The position numbers and the translations under genes were made by a program. 64,000 bases of DNA from a virus, in the IMG/VR virus record IMGVR_UViG_3300005721_000046. One strand, given 5' to 3'. Positions 28,610 through 37,025 of this stretch are shown one piece after another (positions within the stretch are counted from its first letter, which is position 1; each line of letters begins with the position of its first letter). The notes beneath the pieces were generated by a model that was not told where the DNA came from, made no database searches, and was given only the letters and a program-made list of their open reading frames with translations.

Positions 28610-29263
28610 ATGCCTTTAATCATTGCCTGTTTGTCACAAAAAGGCGGAGTGGGTAAAAGCACTCTTGCCCGACTTATTGCCAGAACCTACGCAGTCGGTG
28701 GATGGTCGGTAAAAATTGCCGACTTTAACACGACACAGTTGAGTTCGTATAATTGGGCGCAAATTCGCAACGGTGAAGGCCATAAACCAAAAATCGATTC
28801 AGAGCCTGCCACCTCGCCTTCTCTTCTCAAACGCGAAAAATATGATCTGGTTGTCGCTGATGGTCGACCGGACTCCGATCAATCAAGTTTGGAAATCGCG
28901 CGAATAGCTGATCTGATTGTTATACCAACCGGTCTACCGCTAGACGACTTGATGCCACAGTTGCGCTTTGCCAATGAGCTCGTTGAAAAAGGCATAGATC
29001 CTCAAAAAATTCTTTGGGTGCTCAACAAGATCACCGATAGCATAACTGCGGTTGCAGAGGCGCGCGATTATATTCGTCAGGATCAGGATTATCGCATCGC
29101 CGCTCAAGAGCTCATGCACAAGATCAGTTACCAGAAAGCGCAAAACCATGGACTGGCTTTATCGGAAGTTGGTCGTAAGGTTGGTTCGTTGGAAGAAAAG
29201 GCTGATCTATTGGCGGCCGAAATCGTAGAGCTTGTTACCAAGTTGACGGAGGATAAAGAATGA
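28610..29263 (+). CDS. parA: ParA/MinD-family partition ATPase
   Basis: Deviant Walker A 'SQKGGVGKST'. 217 aa (small, type Ib size). Confidence 0.8.
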   Translation: MPLIIACLSQKGGVGKSTLARLIARTYAVGGWSVKIADFNTTQLSSYNWAQIRNGEGHKPKIDSEPATSPSLLKREKYDLVVADGRPDSDQSSLEIARIADLIVIPTGLPLDDLMPQLRFANELVEKGIDPQKILWVLNKITDSITAVAEARDYIRQDQDYRIAAQELMHKISYQKAQNHGLALSEVGRKVGSLEEKADLLAAEIVELVTKLTEDKE

Positions 29264-29514
29264 CTGAAGACGTAAAAACTAGAGCAGCAGTTCCGCCGCG
29301 TTCAAACAAAAGCTTTTTGCCACACGAAATCACAGCAAAGAAAGCAGGCGCAGCAAATAACATGCGCTCGGAAAAGACCGTTAAGACGTCTTTGCTGATT
29401 ACCGAAGAGCAACATCGCGATATGCGCTTGGCACGTGTCGAGTACAATCGGCCAGTCAATGACATTCTGGTTGAAGCGTTTTACCAGTGGCTCGATCGGC
29501 AGCGTAAGAAATAA
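29260..29514 (+). CDS. small ribbon-helix-helix-like partition partner (ParG-like)
   Basis: 84 aa overlapping the parA stop by 4 nt. Basic N-terminus and C-terminal helix pair typical of RHH centromere-binding proteins. Confidence 0.5.
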   Translation: MTEDVKTRAAVPPRSNKSFLPHEITAKKAGAANNMRSEKTVKTSLLITEEQHRDMRLARVEYNRPVNDILVEAFYQWLDRQRKK

Positions 29515-29570
29515 TATCCTGGTCTTCGAGACACAAAGAAGCAAAACGGTAGATAGGTAAAGAGGGATTA

Positions 29571-29636
29571 GCGTAGATAAGGAAATAAGCATTTGCGCAT
29601 TTAGGTATACGCCTATTTAGGTACATGCTTATTTCT
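29571..29636 (+). repeat. symmetric repeat element GGAAATAAGCAT ... ATGCTTATTTCT enclosing two ATTTAGGTA(C/T)AC direct repeats
   Basis: Seen directly. Immediately downstream of the parA-RHH operon. Candidate centromere or operator. Confidence 0.5.
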
Positions 29637-30069
29637 GGTCAAACGTCAACGACGTAACTTCGCCACCTGAAAACACATCAAACTGCATTGCGATTTTTAT
29701 AGCTTCCTCGGCGTTAGCACCCATTCCAAGCGCGCCATAAGCATATTTGCAGCCAGAACCAATTGCGTAATAATCGGATGAGAGCGGACCTGATGGTGTG
29801 TAGTTATCGCAGTAATAGAACACGCCTTCTTGGGTTATATGTAATGCCGCAAAATCTGGATCGGTGTCTGGTATTTCTTCAGGTCTTGCTCCGTTATTCA
29901 ACCAGTTGGCGATTTGCTCGGAAAAGCCTGGATGCGCCGTTGTAACGCCAACGAGACTGTTATTCTTCAGCTTGTGAATCTTTAATTTGTTGCCAATTGG
30001 TGTCGCATCGCCTGAGTAGGCACGCGAGTCAGCAGCAAGCACGCCATCACGATAAACAATTGTCGTCAT
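29629..30069 (-). CDS. HslV/proteasome-beta-like N-terminal nucleophile hydrolase
   Basis: 'MTTIVYRDGV' aligns with HslV 'MTTIVSVRRNG' (Thr1 nucleophile). Lys at the HslV K33-equivalent position ('NKLKIHKL'). 'YYAIGSGCKYAYGALG' aligns with 'LIAIGSGGPYAQAAAR'. An alternative start at 30108 would add a 13-aa pro-peptide. Confidence 0.65.
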   Translation of the reverse strand: MTTIVYRDGVLAADSRAYSGDATPIGNKLKIHKLKNNSLVGVTTAHPGFSEQIANWLNNGARPEEIPDTDPDFAALHITQEGVFYYCDNYTPSGPLSSDYYAIGSGCKYAYGALGMGANAEEAIKIAMQFDVFSGGEVTSLTFDQK

Positions 30070-30180
30070 TTTAATCCATGCAATAGAGGGGAAATGCGCG
30101 CATATCATTTGCGCTTAAGGCGACCGAATTCTCAAAGTCGCTTTTGTACTTTTAATCCCAACTTTCGATAAAATCAATAA

Positions 30181-30268
30181 ATAAGGAAATAAGTGAATAG
30201 GGGAATAAGGAAATAAGCGAATAAGCGAAGAGGGGAATACGGAAATAAGGAAATAGGTAAATAGAGGA
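30181..30268 (+). repeat. array of about 9 GGAAATAAG / GGGAATAAG / CGAATAAG direct repeats
   Basis: Seen directly. Upstream of the HslV-like gene. Confidence 0.7.
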
Positions 30269-30470
30269 GGACAGAAACCTCAAGGATTGCCGGGGTTTTT
30301 TTAAAGATCGAGCAGGGGAGGTTTGGATTTGAAAGTGTCGCGGCAACTGGAGGCATCCCCGAGATGCTTATTGCGTTGGGCTAAGACTTTCGCTATAGTA
30401 TATTTATCAAGAGAACAGAAAAACAAAATATCTTGATAGTAAAACAACAATTTAATGAAAGAGAAACAAA

Positions 30471-31115
30471 ATGTCAAAAGCAAAACTTAACAAAGAAAAC
30501 AACAAAGAAAACAACAAAAAAGAAACAATCTTAAAAGTTGCTAGAACAATTGAAAACGAATACGTAAAAGCAATTGATGAACGTCTTCAATTAGCACTAG
30601 CAAAAAATGTTTGCGCTGCAAACGAGAAGAAAATGCAAAACATGAAGCGCATGTTGTCAAGTGAACGCTTGTGTAATCTTTTAAGAGATGCAAAAGTTGA
30701 CGCGAATGCATTTTCTCGTGCAATTTACGCAAGCGAAAAAGTCGTAAAATTCGCAACACAAGCAATCGCATTTGACGCGACAAAATTAAACGAAAACACG
30801 CAAGCAATCTTCAAAACTGCAATCAATTGTGCAAAAAACAACGTCGAGTTTACAAAAGATGACGCGTGCGCTTCAATAAGCAAAGATTTAAACGTTGATG
30901 AAAATAAAAAAGCGTATGTTTTTCGTAGAAACATTATTCAACAAGTTTCAACAATTGCTGCACAAAGTCAAACAAGTCTTGACGCGTTGAAAACGCTTCA
31001 CATTATTAGCGACAATGCGCAAAAGAAAAATGTCTATGACGTAAATCTTGACAGCGAATTGACAAAAGCGCTTTGCAAAAACTTTAATATCGACTTGAAT
31101 GCAAAAGCTGCATGA
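30471..31115 (+). CDS. hypothetical protein, paralog of the 32831-33640 gene
   Basis: A-rich, low-GC ORF. 'INCAKNNVEFTKDDA' aligns with 'IKCSENNVSFTQG' in the paralog. Confidence 0.5.
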   Translation: MSKAKLNKENNKENNKKETILKVARTIENEYVKAIDERLQLALAKNVCAANEKKMQNMKRMLSSERLCNLLRDAKVDANAFSRAIYASEKVVKFATQAIAFDATKLNENTQAIFKTAINCAKNNVEFTKDDACASISKDLNVDENKKAYVFRRNIIQQVSTIAAQSQTSLDALKTLHIISDNAQKKNVYDVNLDSELTKALCKNFNIDLNAKAA

Positions 31116-31828
31116 TGAAAGTCAAACGAAAGCGAGTGAATTAACTCACTCGCTTTCAAATGCAAAACCCCTACGGGGCGTCCCACGATTTCATGCGGGG
31201 CGTCCCACGATTCGACACAAATACCAAACCATGGCTACCGGATTGATTATTTCCGGAATGGCGTTCGAAACGGTTTTCAAATGGTCGTCCGTCTTTTGTC
31301 TTGAAATAATTGGCAACCAGAATGGTGTCCATGCTGAAACAATCGGAAACCGGAATTGGCAACCAGAATGGCAACCAAGTTTAGGGCTGAATCAAAATGA
31401 CCGGCACTCTAATTCAGATCCAACGGGAAACCGCTTTTATAACCATCTCCAATGGCGAATTTTTGTCAGGCATTTTGGGCGCGTTTGACCAATTTTGGAC
31501 AGGTTTTCGGCAGGTTTTTCGCTGGTTTCGGGCGGTTTTCAGGTGGTGTTGGGCGAATTTTGGTGGTGGCGGTGTCGGTTTTGGCGGTGTTGGGCGGTTT
31601 TTTTCGGCAGGTTTTCAGGCGTTTTTCAGGCGTTTTTAGGTGAAATCCACGCATCCCACGGTTTAAATCTCGCCGTTCCTAGCCGACGTGTCCATTCCCC
31701 GGAATCCAAGCAAATCCAAAACCGCAAGCTATATCTCGGCTTCTAGGAATCTTGCCATTCCCCGAATTATCCATGGTTTTTAAGAAGCGTATTGAAAAGG
31801 GCTAGAGTTTAGCTCTTTTCAATGTGTT
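31116..31828. repeat. repeat-dense non-coding region. Contains a 16-bp direct repeat GGGGCGTCCCACGATT x2 (31175-31190, 31197-31212), TTGGCAACCAGAATGG x2.5 and about 15 G-rich units with T4-5 tracts phased at about 10-11 bp (31440-31640). Candidate origin / bent DNA
   Basis: Seen directly. ORFs called here on both strands are low-complexity artefacts. Confidence 0.6.
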
Positions 31829-32137
31829 TCACTGTTGCGCTTGTGAGAACGTTAAAGCCTTTAATTCAGCGCGCTTTTGATTAAGTTGCTTAACATATCG
31901 CGCGCGTCTAAATTTCATAACATTGTAGCGTTTGTTATAAAGTTCGATTAATTCATCAACCGAGCGATTTAAAGCGCTTGCAATAAGGCGAATACGCTCA
32001 CGAGTGTTTTTAACAATCTCGCTAAGCGCGATTATGATTTTCGGTTTCTCAAAGCGTCTCGTTGCAAGAGCGACGCTTGCAGCGTTAAGCAATTCAAATT
32101 CTTCGAAAAGGCGTTCGAATGAGCTGCGAAAAGACAT
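31829..32137 (-). CDS. hypothetical protein
   Basis: 102 aa ORF. Confidence 0.4.
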   Translation of the reverse strand: MSFRSSFERLFEEFELLNAASVALATRRFEKPKIIIALSEIVKNTRERIRLIASALNRSVDELIELYNKRYNVMKFRRARYVKQLNQKRAELKALTFSQAQQ

Positions 32138-32489
32138 TTTTTTTCTCTTTCTGTTATTTGATTATCATTAAAACAAAGACAAAAAGAGCGACGATAAGCG
32201 CGATCTCTTCAATTACGTCATAAAGAACAATGCGATTAAGTTCTTTTTCATAATCAAAATGCTGTCTCATTTGTTTCTCTTTCTGTTTGTTTTTTACATT
32301 TTGATAATAGCGTTTCAGAGCGTTGAAATCTCGAGGTGTCGAACGGTGAATACGCTTGCTGATTGGCCTGAATCGGCCGGAAAAAATTGGATAACGCTGT
32401 TAATCGGCCTCAAAAAAAAACGCAGGATTAGCGGCGTTTTGGCCTAAAGGTTCCGTAGATGTTATCGGTTGGCCGGAACGCCAAGGATT

Positions 32490-32658
32490 TTAAGGAAATA
32501 TGTACATAGGCAAATAGGCCGATAAAGAAATAGGTAAATAGGGAAATAAGCACATAAGGAAAGACACACGCCCGTGGGATCAGCGGCCAAGGTGCAAGCG
32601 GCCAAGGTGTTAGTGAGGATAAAGAAATAAGGAAATAAGGAAGTAGGTAAGTAGGTAC
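32490..32658 (+). repeat. GGAAATA-type repeat arrays (two clusters) plus GCGGCCAAGGTG x2
   Basis: Seen directly, including 'GGAAATATGTACATAGG', which resembles the palindromic operator half-site. Confidence 0.6.
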
Positions 32659-32689
32659 AAAAAAAAGACGCTGACCGAAGCCAGCGTCA
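32659..32689 (-). terminator. rho-independent terminator after gene 32831-33640
   Basis: Minus-strand RNA stem GACGCUG/CAGCGUC followed by U8-9. Confidence 0.7.
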
Positions 32690-32830
32690 GTTAAGAGCGA
32701 TCAGAATAGAGAAACACAAGAATCGCCCTTGAAAAGTTTTATACAATTGAAGAAAAATTCAAAAGCATAATAATAAATTAAAGCGTCTAGTGAGCACTAG
32801 ACGCCTATGAGATATCGTTGTTGAGTTGTT

Positions 32831-33640
32831 TCATTCATGAAACATTTTAATGAGTTGACGTGTTACAGGTGTATCTTTCAAAGCGATTACATTGTCGTCA
32901 CTCTTTTCATTATTGCTAGCAATTGCATCAAAAACCTCTAATGACGCGATCATTTGCGAACGCTGCGCTTGAGCCGTTGCTTTTGAAAGGTCGTGTCGCG
33001 TCAAATAACGCGCGTCACTGTGTGAGATGCGATATTCGCGCGATAATGACGCGAGTTGCAGACCCTGTGTAAAAGATACGTTATTTTCGCTACATTTGAT
33101 CATAGAACGTATAAAACAGTTGATTGTCTTATTGCTTGAATAAAAACCTTTCAACGCACGAGCGATCTCTGCAATCTTGAAAAACGCATAGACGTTGAAA
33201 CGGTTTTTAACGCTTTGCTGTTTATTTACAAAACTCTCATTAATGTGCAATGCGACGAAAACCTGACAAATGTCGTCACTCATGAACTGATTTTTTAGAA
33301 CCGTGAGATTATTGATCATTTTCATCGTGCAATTTTCTTTTGAACGCTCATAATCGATGCGAGCGTCAAAGGCGACAGCAAAATGCATGCGCATTTCTTC
33401 AATCTTTTTTACGTCTTCGATTGCAGTAAATATGTTATTGATATCACCTGATATGCTCTCACCGATATCAACTGACTTGATTGCGTTTGTATTGTTTAAC
33501 GAGACAGTTTTAACAACCGGTGCTTTCGCGATCTCTTCTGTTGTTTTGGTCTCTTCAATCTCTTTCGCATTAAGCGCGACGGCCTGCGCTGTAATATCGT
33601 CGAAAATCGCGGTGTTCGTCATGACGTCTGCAAGGTTCAT
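32831..33640 (-). CDS. hypothetical protein, paralog of 30471-31115
   Basis: See paralog. Followed by a terminator. Confidence 0.5.
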   Translation of the reverse strand: MNLADVMTNTAIFDDITAQAVALNAKEIEETKTTEEIAKAPVVKTVSLNNTNAIKSVDIGESISGDINNIFTAIEDVKKIEEMRMHFAVAFDARIDYERSKENCTMKMINNLTVLKNQFMSDDICQVFVALHINESFVNKQQSVKNRFNVYAFFKIAEIARALKGFYSSNKTINCFIRSMIKCSENNVSFTQGLQLASLSREYRISHSDARYLTRHDLSKATAQAQRSQMIASLEVFDAIASNNEKSDDNVIALKDTPVTRQLIKMFHE

Positions 33641-33794
33641 TTTGTTTCTCTTTCTGTTTTGTTTTCGCGTTAATATTTTGATTTCATTGCGAAAAATTGT
33701 TTTACAAGAAAGACTATAGTCAAAAAAAACAAACGTGTCTCAAGGCTTATAACGGTTTGTGACGGTTTGAAATTCCGGAACTTTGAACAAAGAG

Positions 33795-33870
33795 ACGTTC
33801 CCGTCCTACACGCTGTAATATATATAATATATCTAACATTATAATATTAATTTACAGCGCGTAGGCAGGA
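33795..33870 (-). promoter_or_regulatory. conserved ~90-bp element, copy 2: IR CCTACACGCTGTAA/TTACAGCGCGTAGG (33805-33818 and 33852-33865) around an AT-rich (TA)n spacer
   Basis: Seen directly. Flanks are also shared with copy 1 ('TTCCCGTCCTAC', 'CTCCGG'). Confidence 0.6.
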
Positions 33871-33893
33871 AAGAGACATCTCCGGGCGTTCTA

Positions 33894-34745
33894 TTAGATA
33901 TCTCTAACGCACTTAAAATGCCTTAAGTGCGTTGTTAAAATCACTTCTCCTAAGAATTCGTTGAGACCCAAAATATTATAGTGCTCAACTATTAACTCGT
34001 CGGTGTCGTCACGAGCCGTTATCGCTAAAACCGAAGGAACACGGTGTTTTTCAAAAGCTAAGGCGTAATGTTCCTCTCTGTATTGCGGCTCTTTTACGGT
34101 CTTTGGGGTTTTTCGTAAAACCGTCTTCGATTGAACCGTTCGATAATAAGCGGCTTTCTGCATAACTTCGATTAAATGAGCGCGGTCGCTTTCACTTAAC
34201 TCACTTAGCTTTTTGTTTTTTTCAAATTTTGAAACGAGATCCTTGAGATCGTTGACTGTCGAAAGCTTATTCTTTTTGCAATATTCTTCTGAGGCTTCTA
34301 AAAGCGTTAATAATGTCGGATCACAACGTTGTTGACATTTGAAGTGTTCAATTTTTTCTAGTGAGGAATTTTTAAAGAATTTATTTAGCTTTTCAATCGA
34401 GATAAATTCGGCTGTTAAATCGGCGATGGCTTCCTGGGGTTTATGATGCATTTTTACAAAATAAACAGGAAATTCCATCAGGCGTGGACGGCTGATGGCG
34501 TAATAGATAGCCTCTTTCGTTTTTTCATCGAGTATTACTTCCTCAAAATAAGCTGCGTCTTTTATATTGAGCAGCGTTATGTTTGTATCCCAGTCGCCTT
34601 TTAATTTACGTCGAACGCGTCTCTTGTAGGAATCGCCGGCAGATAATATTAAATCCTCGGCTGTAACGAGATCGTAGATTTCGCAAAAATCCTCCGATTG
34701 TCTCAAGAGATCCATATAGAGAGTCGGTGACTTGCTGTCAGGCAT
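33894..34745 (-). CDS. hypothetical protein, paralog family B member 1 (two internal repeats)
   Basis: Aligns along its length with 35023-35868 ('LEKIEHFKCQQRCDPTLLTLLEASEEYCKKNKLS' versus 'EEKLQNFKCLKPCACATVFIELLKSSEEYCKEHELS'). Start chosen at the Met aligning with the paralog start. The longest ORF starts at 34841. Confidence 0.55.
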   Translation of the reverse strand: MPDSKSPTLYMDLLRQSEDFCEIYDLVTAEDLILSAGDSYKRRVRRKLKGDWDTNITLLNIKDAAYFEEVILDEKTKEAIYYAISRPRLMEFPVYFVKMHHKPQEAIADLTAEFISIEKLNKFFKNSSLEKIEHFKCQQRCDPTLLTLLEASEEYCKKNKLSTVNDLKDLVSKFEKNKKLSELSESDRAHLIEVMQKAAYYRTVQSKTVLRKTPKTVKEPQYREEHYALAFEKHRVPSVLAITARDDTDELIVEHYNILGLNEFLGEVILTTHLRHFKCVRDI

Positions 34746-34831
34746 TTGTTTATTCGCTTTCTCAATCTCAATGTGTGAATTATTGATTGAATTGTAGCGA
34801 TCAATAATAACGCCTTCAAAAGGTATCGTAA

Positions 34832-34847
34832 GGAAATACATATTTCC
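34832..34847. promoter_or_regulatory. perfect 16-bp palindrome GGAAATACATATTTCC (operator-like) within a 45-bp conserved promoter block
   Basis: Seen directly. Identical palindrome and flanks at 35936-35951. Confidence 0.6.
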
Positions 34848-35022
34848 CTATAAGCCTATTTCTGCATATGCGTAGAAGAAGGTAGATAGACTACCCGGAA
34901 GCCATGGTTTTGAGTTTATGTTCTTGGTTTTTTTGATGCGTTATATCTTGACAAAACCTTCATCAAAGACACAAAAACAGAGAAAGCTTTTTTGCTTTCT
35001 CTGTTGTCATTCTTTTACTCTA

Positions 35023-35868
35023 TTACATATATCTAAAGCATTTAAAGCATTTCATCTGCTCAGTAGTCGCGTTACTCATAAGATTACTGAACTCGAAAAC
35101 GTTATAATGTTTTTCTTCAAACTCATTTTTATGTTCAAGTAGCGATAAAACGCAAACCTCATGATTAAGAGTGCGTTCGAGATATGCAAAGGCGCGATGT
35201 CTAATGTCGTTATTTTCTTCGTCATATGAACATTCGTAAAACGCTGCATTTTTCATAATCTCGATTGCGTGATCACGATCTTCATTTAAAAACTGTTTCG
35301 TCTCGTCATATTTTTTACTGATCTTGTAAAAATCGTCATGCGTCGAAAGCTCATGCTCTTTGCAATATTCTTCAGAACTTTTTAAAAGCTCGATAAACAC
35401 AGTCGCGCATGCACAAGGTTTTAGACATTTGAAGTTTTGTAGCTTTTCTTCTGTTGCGTTTTCAAAAAACTTGTTGAACTCTTCAAGCGTAATATATTCG
35501 CATGTCAATTCAGCATATTCTTCTTCAGGTTTGTCATGAAGAATTGAACGATAGATACATGAAGGTCTATCATCGTTTTCGTGATAGCAAAAAGAATAAT
35601 AAATAACTTCATGTGTTTCTTTATTAATTGATTGCGCTTCATAATAAGCAGCTTCAATCATGAAAGACAGATCTGTCTCGAACTGACCGTAAGAGTAACC
35701 GTACTCATCATTTTCGTCATCAGAGTGCGTAAAAACTTCATGATGTTGTTTTTGATCTTCTACGTAATGAACTAATTCATCATAGTCAGTTAAATTATGC
35801 TGCACGCAAAACTTTTGAGACTTTTTCAAGAGTGCTAAATATTTAGTATCAGACATTTGCTCATTCAC
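35023..35868 (-). CDS. hypothetical protein, paralog family B member 2 (two internal repeats)
   Basis: See member 1. The internal duplication is visible ('KKSQKFCVQHNLTDYDELV' and 'KSSEEYCKEHELSTHDDFY'). Confidence 0.55.
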   Translation of the reverse strand: MNEQMSDTKYLALLKKSQKFCVQHNLTDYDELVHYVEDQKQHHEVFTHSDDENDEYGYSYGQFETDLSFMIEAAYYEAQSINKETHEVIYYSFCYHENDDRPSCIYRSILHDKPEEEYAELTCEYITLEEFNKFFENATEEKLQNFKCLKPCACATVFIELLKSSEEYCKEHELSTHDDFYKISKKYDETKQFLNEDRDHAIEIMKNAAFYECSYDEENNDIRHRAFAYLERTLNHEVCVLSLLEHKNEFEEKHYNVFEFSNLMSNATTEQMKCFKCFRYM

Positions 35869-35935
35869 TTTCTTTGTTAATTAATTGAACAATAAAGTTA
35901 TAGCGACGAGCAAAAGCGCCTTCAAAAGGCTTCGT

Positions 35936-35951
35936 AAGGAAATACATATTT
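35936..35951. promoter_or_regulatory. second copy of palindrome GGAAATACATATTTCC, 68 nt upstream of paralog B member 2
   Basis: Seen directly. Confidence 0.6.
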
Positions 35952-36009
35952 CCCTAAAGGCGTATATCCTTATATATTTAGGCGAATGTCCGGGAAATCG
36001 CGTATTAAT

Positions 36010-36330
36010 CGCATCCTTGGTTTTCATCGGCTTAGGCTTCGCGTCATGGTTTCTTCATACCTTGGTTTATCTACCTTGGTTTTCACGCCTTGGTTCTTAA
36101 ACCACGGTTTCGCGTCACGGTTCTTAAACCATGGTTTTTAATACCGAGGCATCTTCACCGTGGTTTTGTGTACCTAGGAAAAAGTCCAGCCATTCCTAGG
36201 ATTTTAGGTGTGTGAGCGAAAACTCAGTCATTCCTCGGTTTTTGCACAAAGGCTTCTAGGTGTCTAAACGCGAACTCAGCCGTTCCTAGGCGTATAGACA
36301 AAAGCTCAGTCGTTCTTAGGTATAGTCCGG
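36010..36330. repeat. GGTT-rich repeats (CCTTGGTT x4, GGTTCTTAAACCAYGGTTT x2). Then four copies of core CTCAGYCRTTCYTMGG at variable spacing
   Basis: Seen directly. Confidence 0.6.
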
Positions 36331-36444
36331 ATTGGTTTATGGCTTCAGGTTTACGGATTATGCAGGAAAAGATAGGGCGAAGAGGGGAGGGGTGAATTTA
36401 CCTATTGAAATCCAAAGAGCACGGCGGCGCGGAATTTTTCATCG

Positions 36445-36560
36445 TCCGCTTACGTCCGTTCTTATTCGCTCTTATTCATTCTTATTCGTTCTTACTCGCT
36501 TACATTCGTTCTTGGTCACTCTTGTTGGTTCTCAGTTCGCTCTTATTCGTTCTTATATGC
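36445..36560. repeat. about 11 tandem copies of a 10-bp unit YTCTTATTCG (reverse complement CGAATAAGAR)
   Basis: Seen directly. The unit is the reverse complement of the GAATAAG motif found elsewhere. Confidence 0.75.
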
Positions 36561-36840
36561 TCATACACGCTTCTAATGATCTGAAGGCGTTTTGACGCTA
36601 TCTGTCTTTTTTTACGTCTTGCTAGAATATGTTTTATGCTTAGCGTTCCCTATCATGCGTAAAAACGCTCAGTTGACCCTCTAAGCGCGTTTTATATCTT
36701 TGACGTATGAATTGACGTCTTGTTTGACGGTCGCACTCAGTGAGCTTCTATAGCGTTTTTTAATATGATGTTATTTGTTATAGACCTGTCTTAGTTTTTT
36801 ATGTTTCAGCTTGTTAGCGTTTTAAAAAAAATAAATTTTG

Positions 36841-37025
36841 GCCTAAAACGTAAACTTTTGTCAACTTATGTCGTTCTTGGCCTGAATAATCCGATATCTT
36901 AAGTTGACAGATTGTGGCCGATCGAAGCCGGAATTTGTGTTTTAGGCTGTGTTTTTACATGATAAGTTGACAGATTATGGTCAAAATGGCCTAAACGTAA
37001 ACATTTTATGGCCTAAACGTAAACG
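36841..37025. repeat. GGCCTAAACGTAAAC x3 and TAAGTTGACAGATTRTGG x2 direct repeats
   Basis: Seen directly. Confidence 0.6.

Noticed and set aside
30270-30300. Possible terminator 'AAACC-N14-GGTTTTTTT' after the GGAAATAAG array
   Set aside because: The stem is only 5 bp and there is no upstream co-oriented gene. Too weak to call.
31099-31746. ORFs 31099-31488(+), 31397-31639(+), 31452-31643(+), 31466-31654(-), 31495-31746(+)
   Set aside because: Translations are low-complexity (G/F/R/W-rich). They are generated by the G-rich/T-tract tandem repeats and overlap each other on both strands. Treated as non-coding repeat DNA.
36445-36560. Considered whether short-repeat arrays (10-bp x11, GGAAATAAG clusters) were a CRISPR array
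   Set aside because: Units are 8-10 bp and contiguous, with no unique spacers, and no cas genes are present. They behave like iterons or operators.
36332-36595. ORF 36332-36595(+) covering the 10-bp tandem array
   Set aside because: The reading frame is a by-product of the YTCTTATTCG repeats (SYSFLFVLTRLHSFL...). No start context or codon-usage signal supports it.
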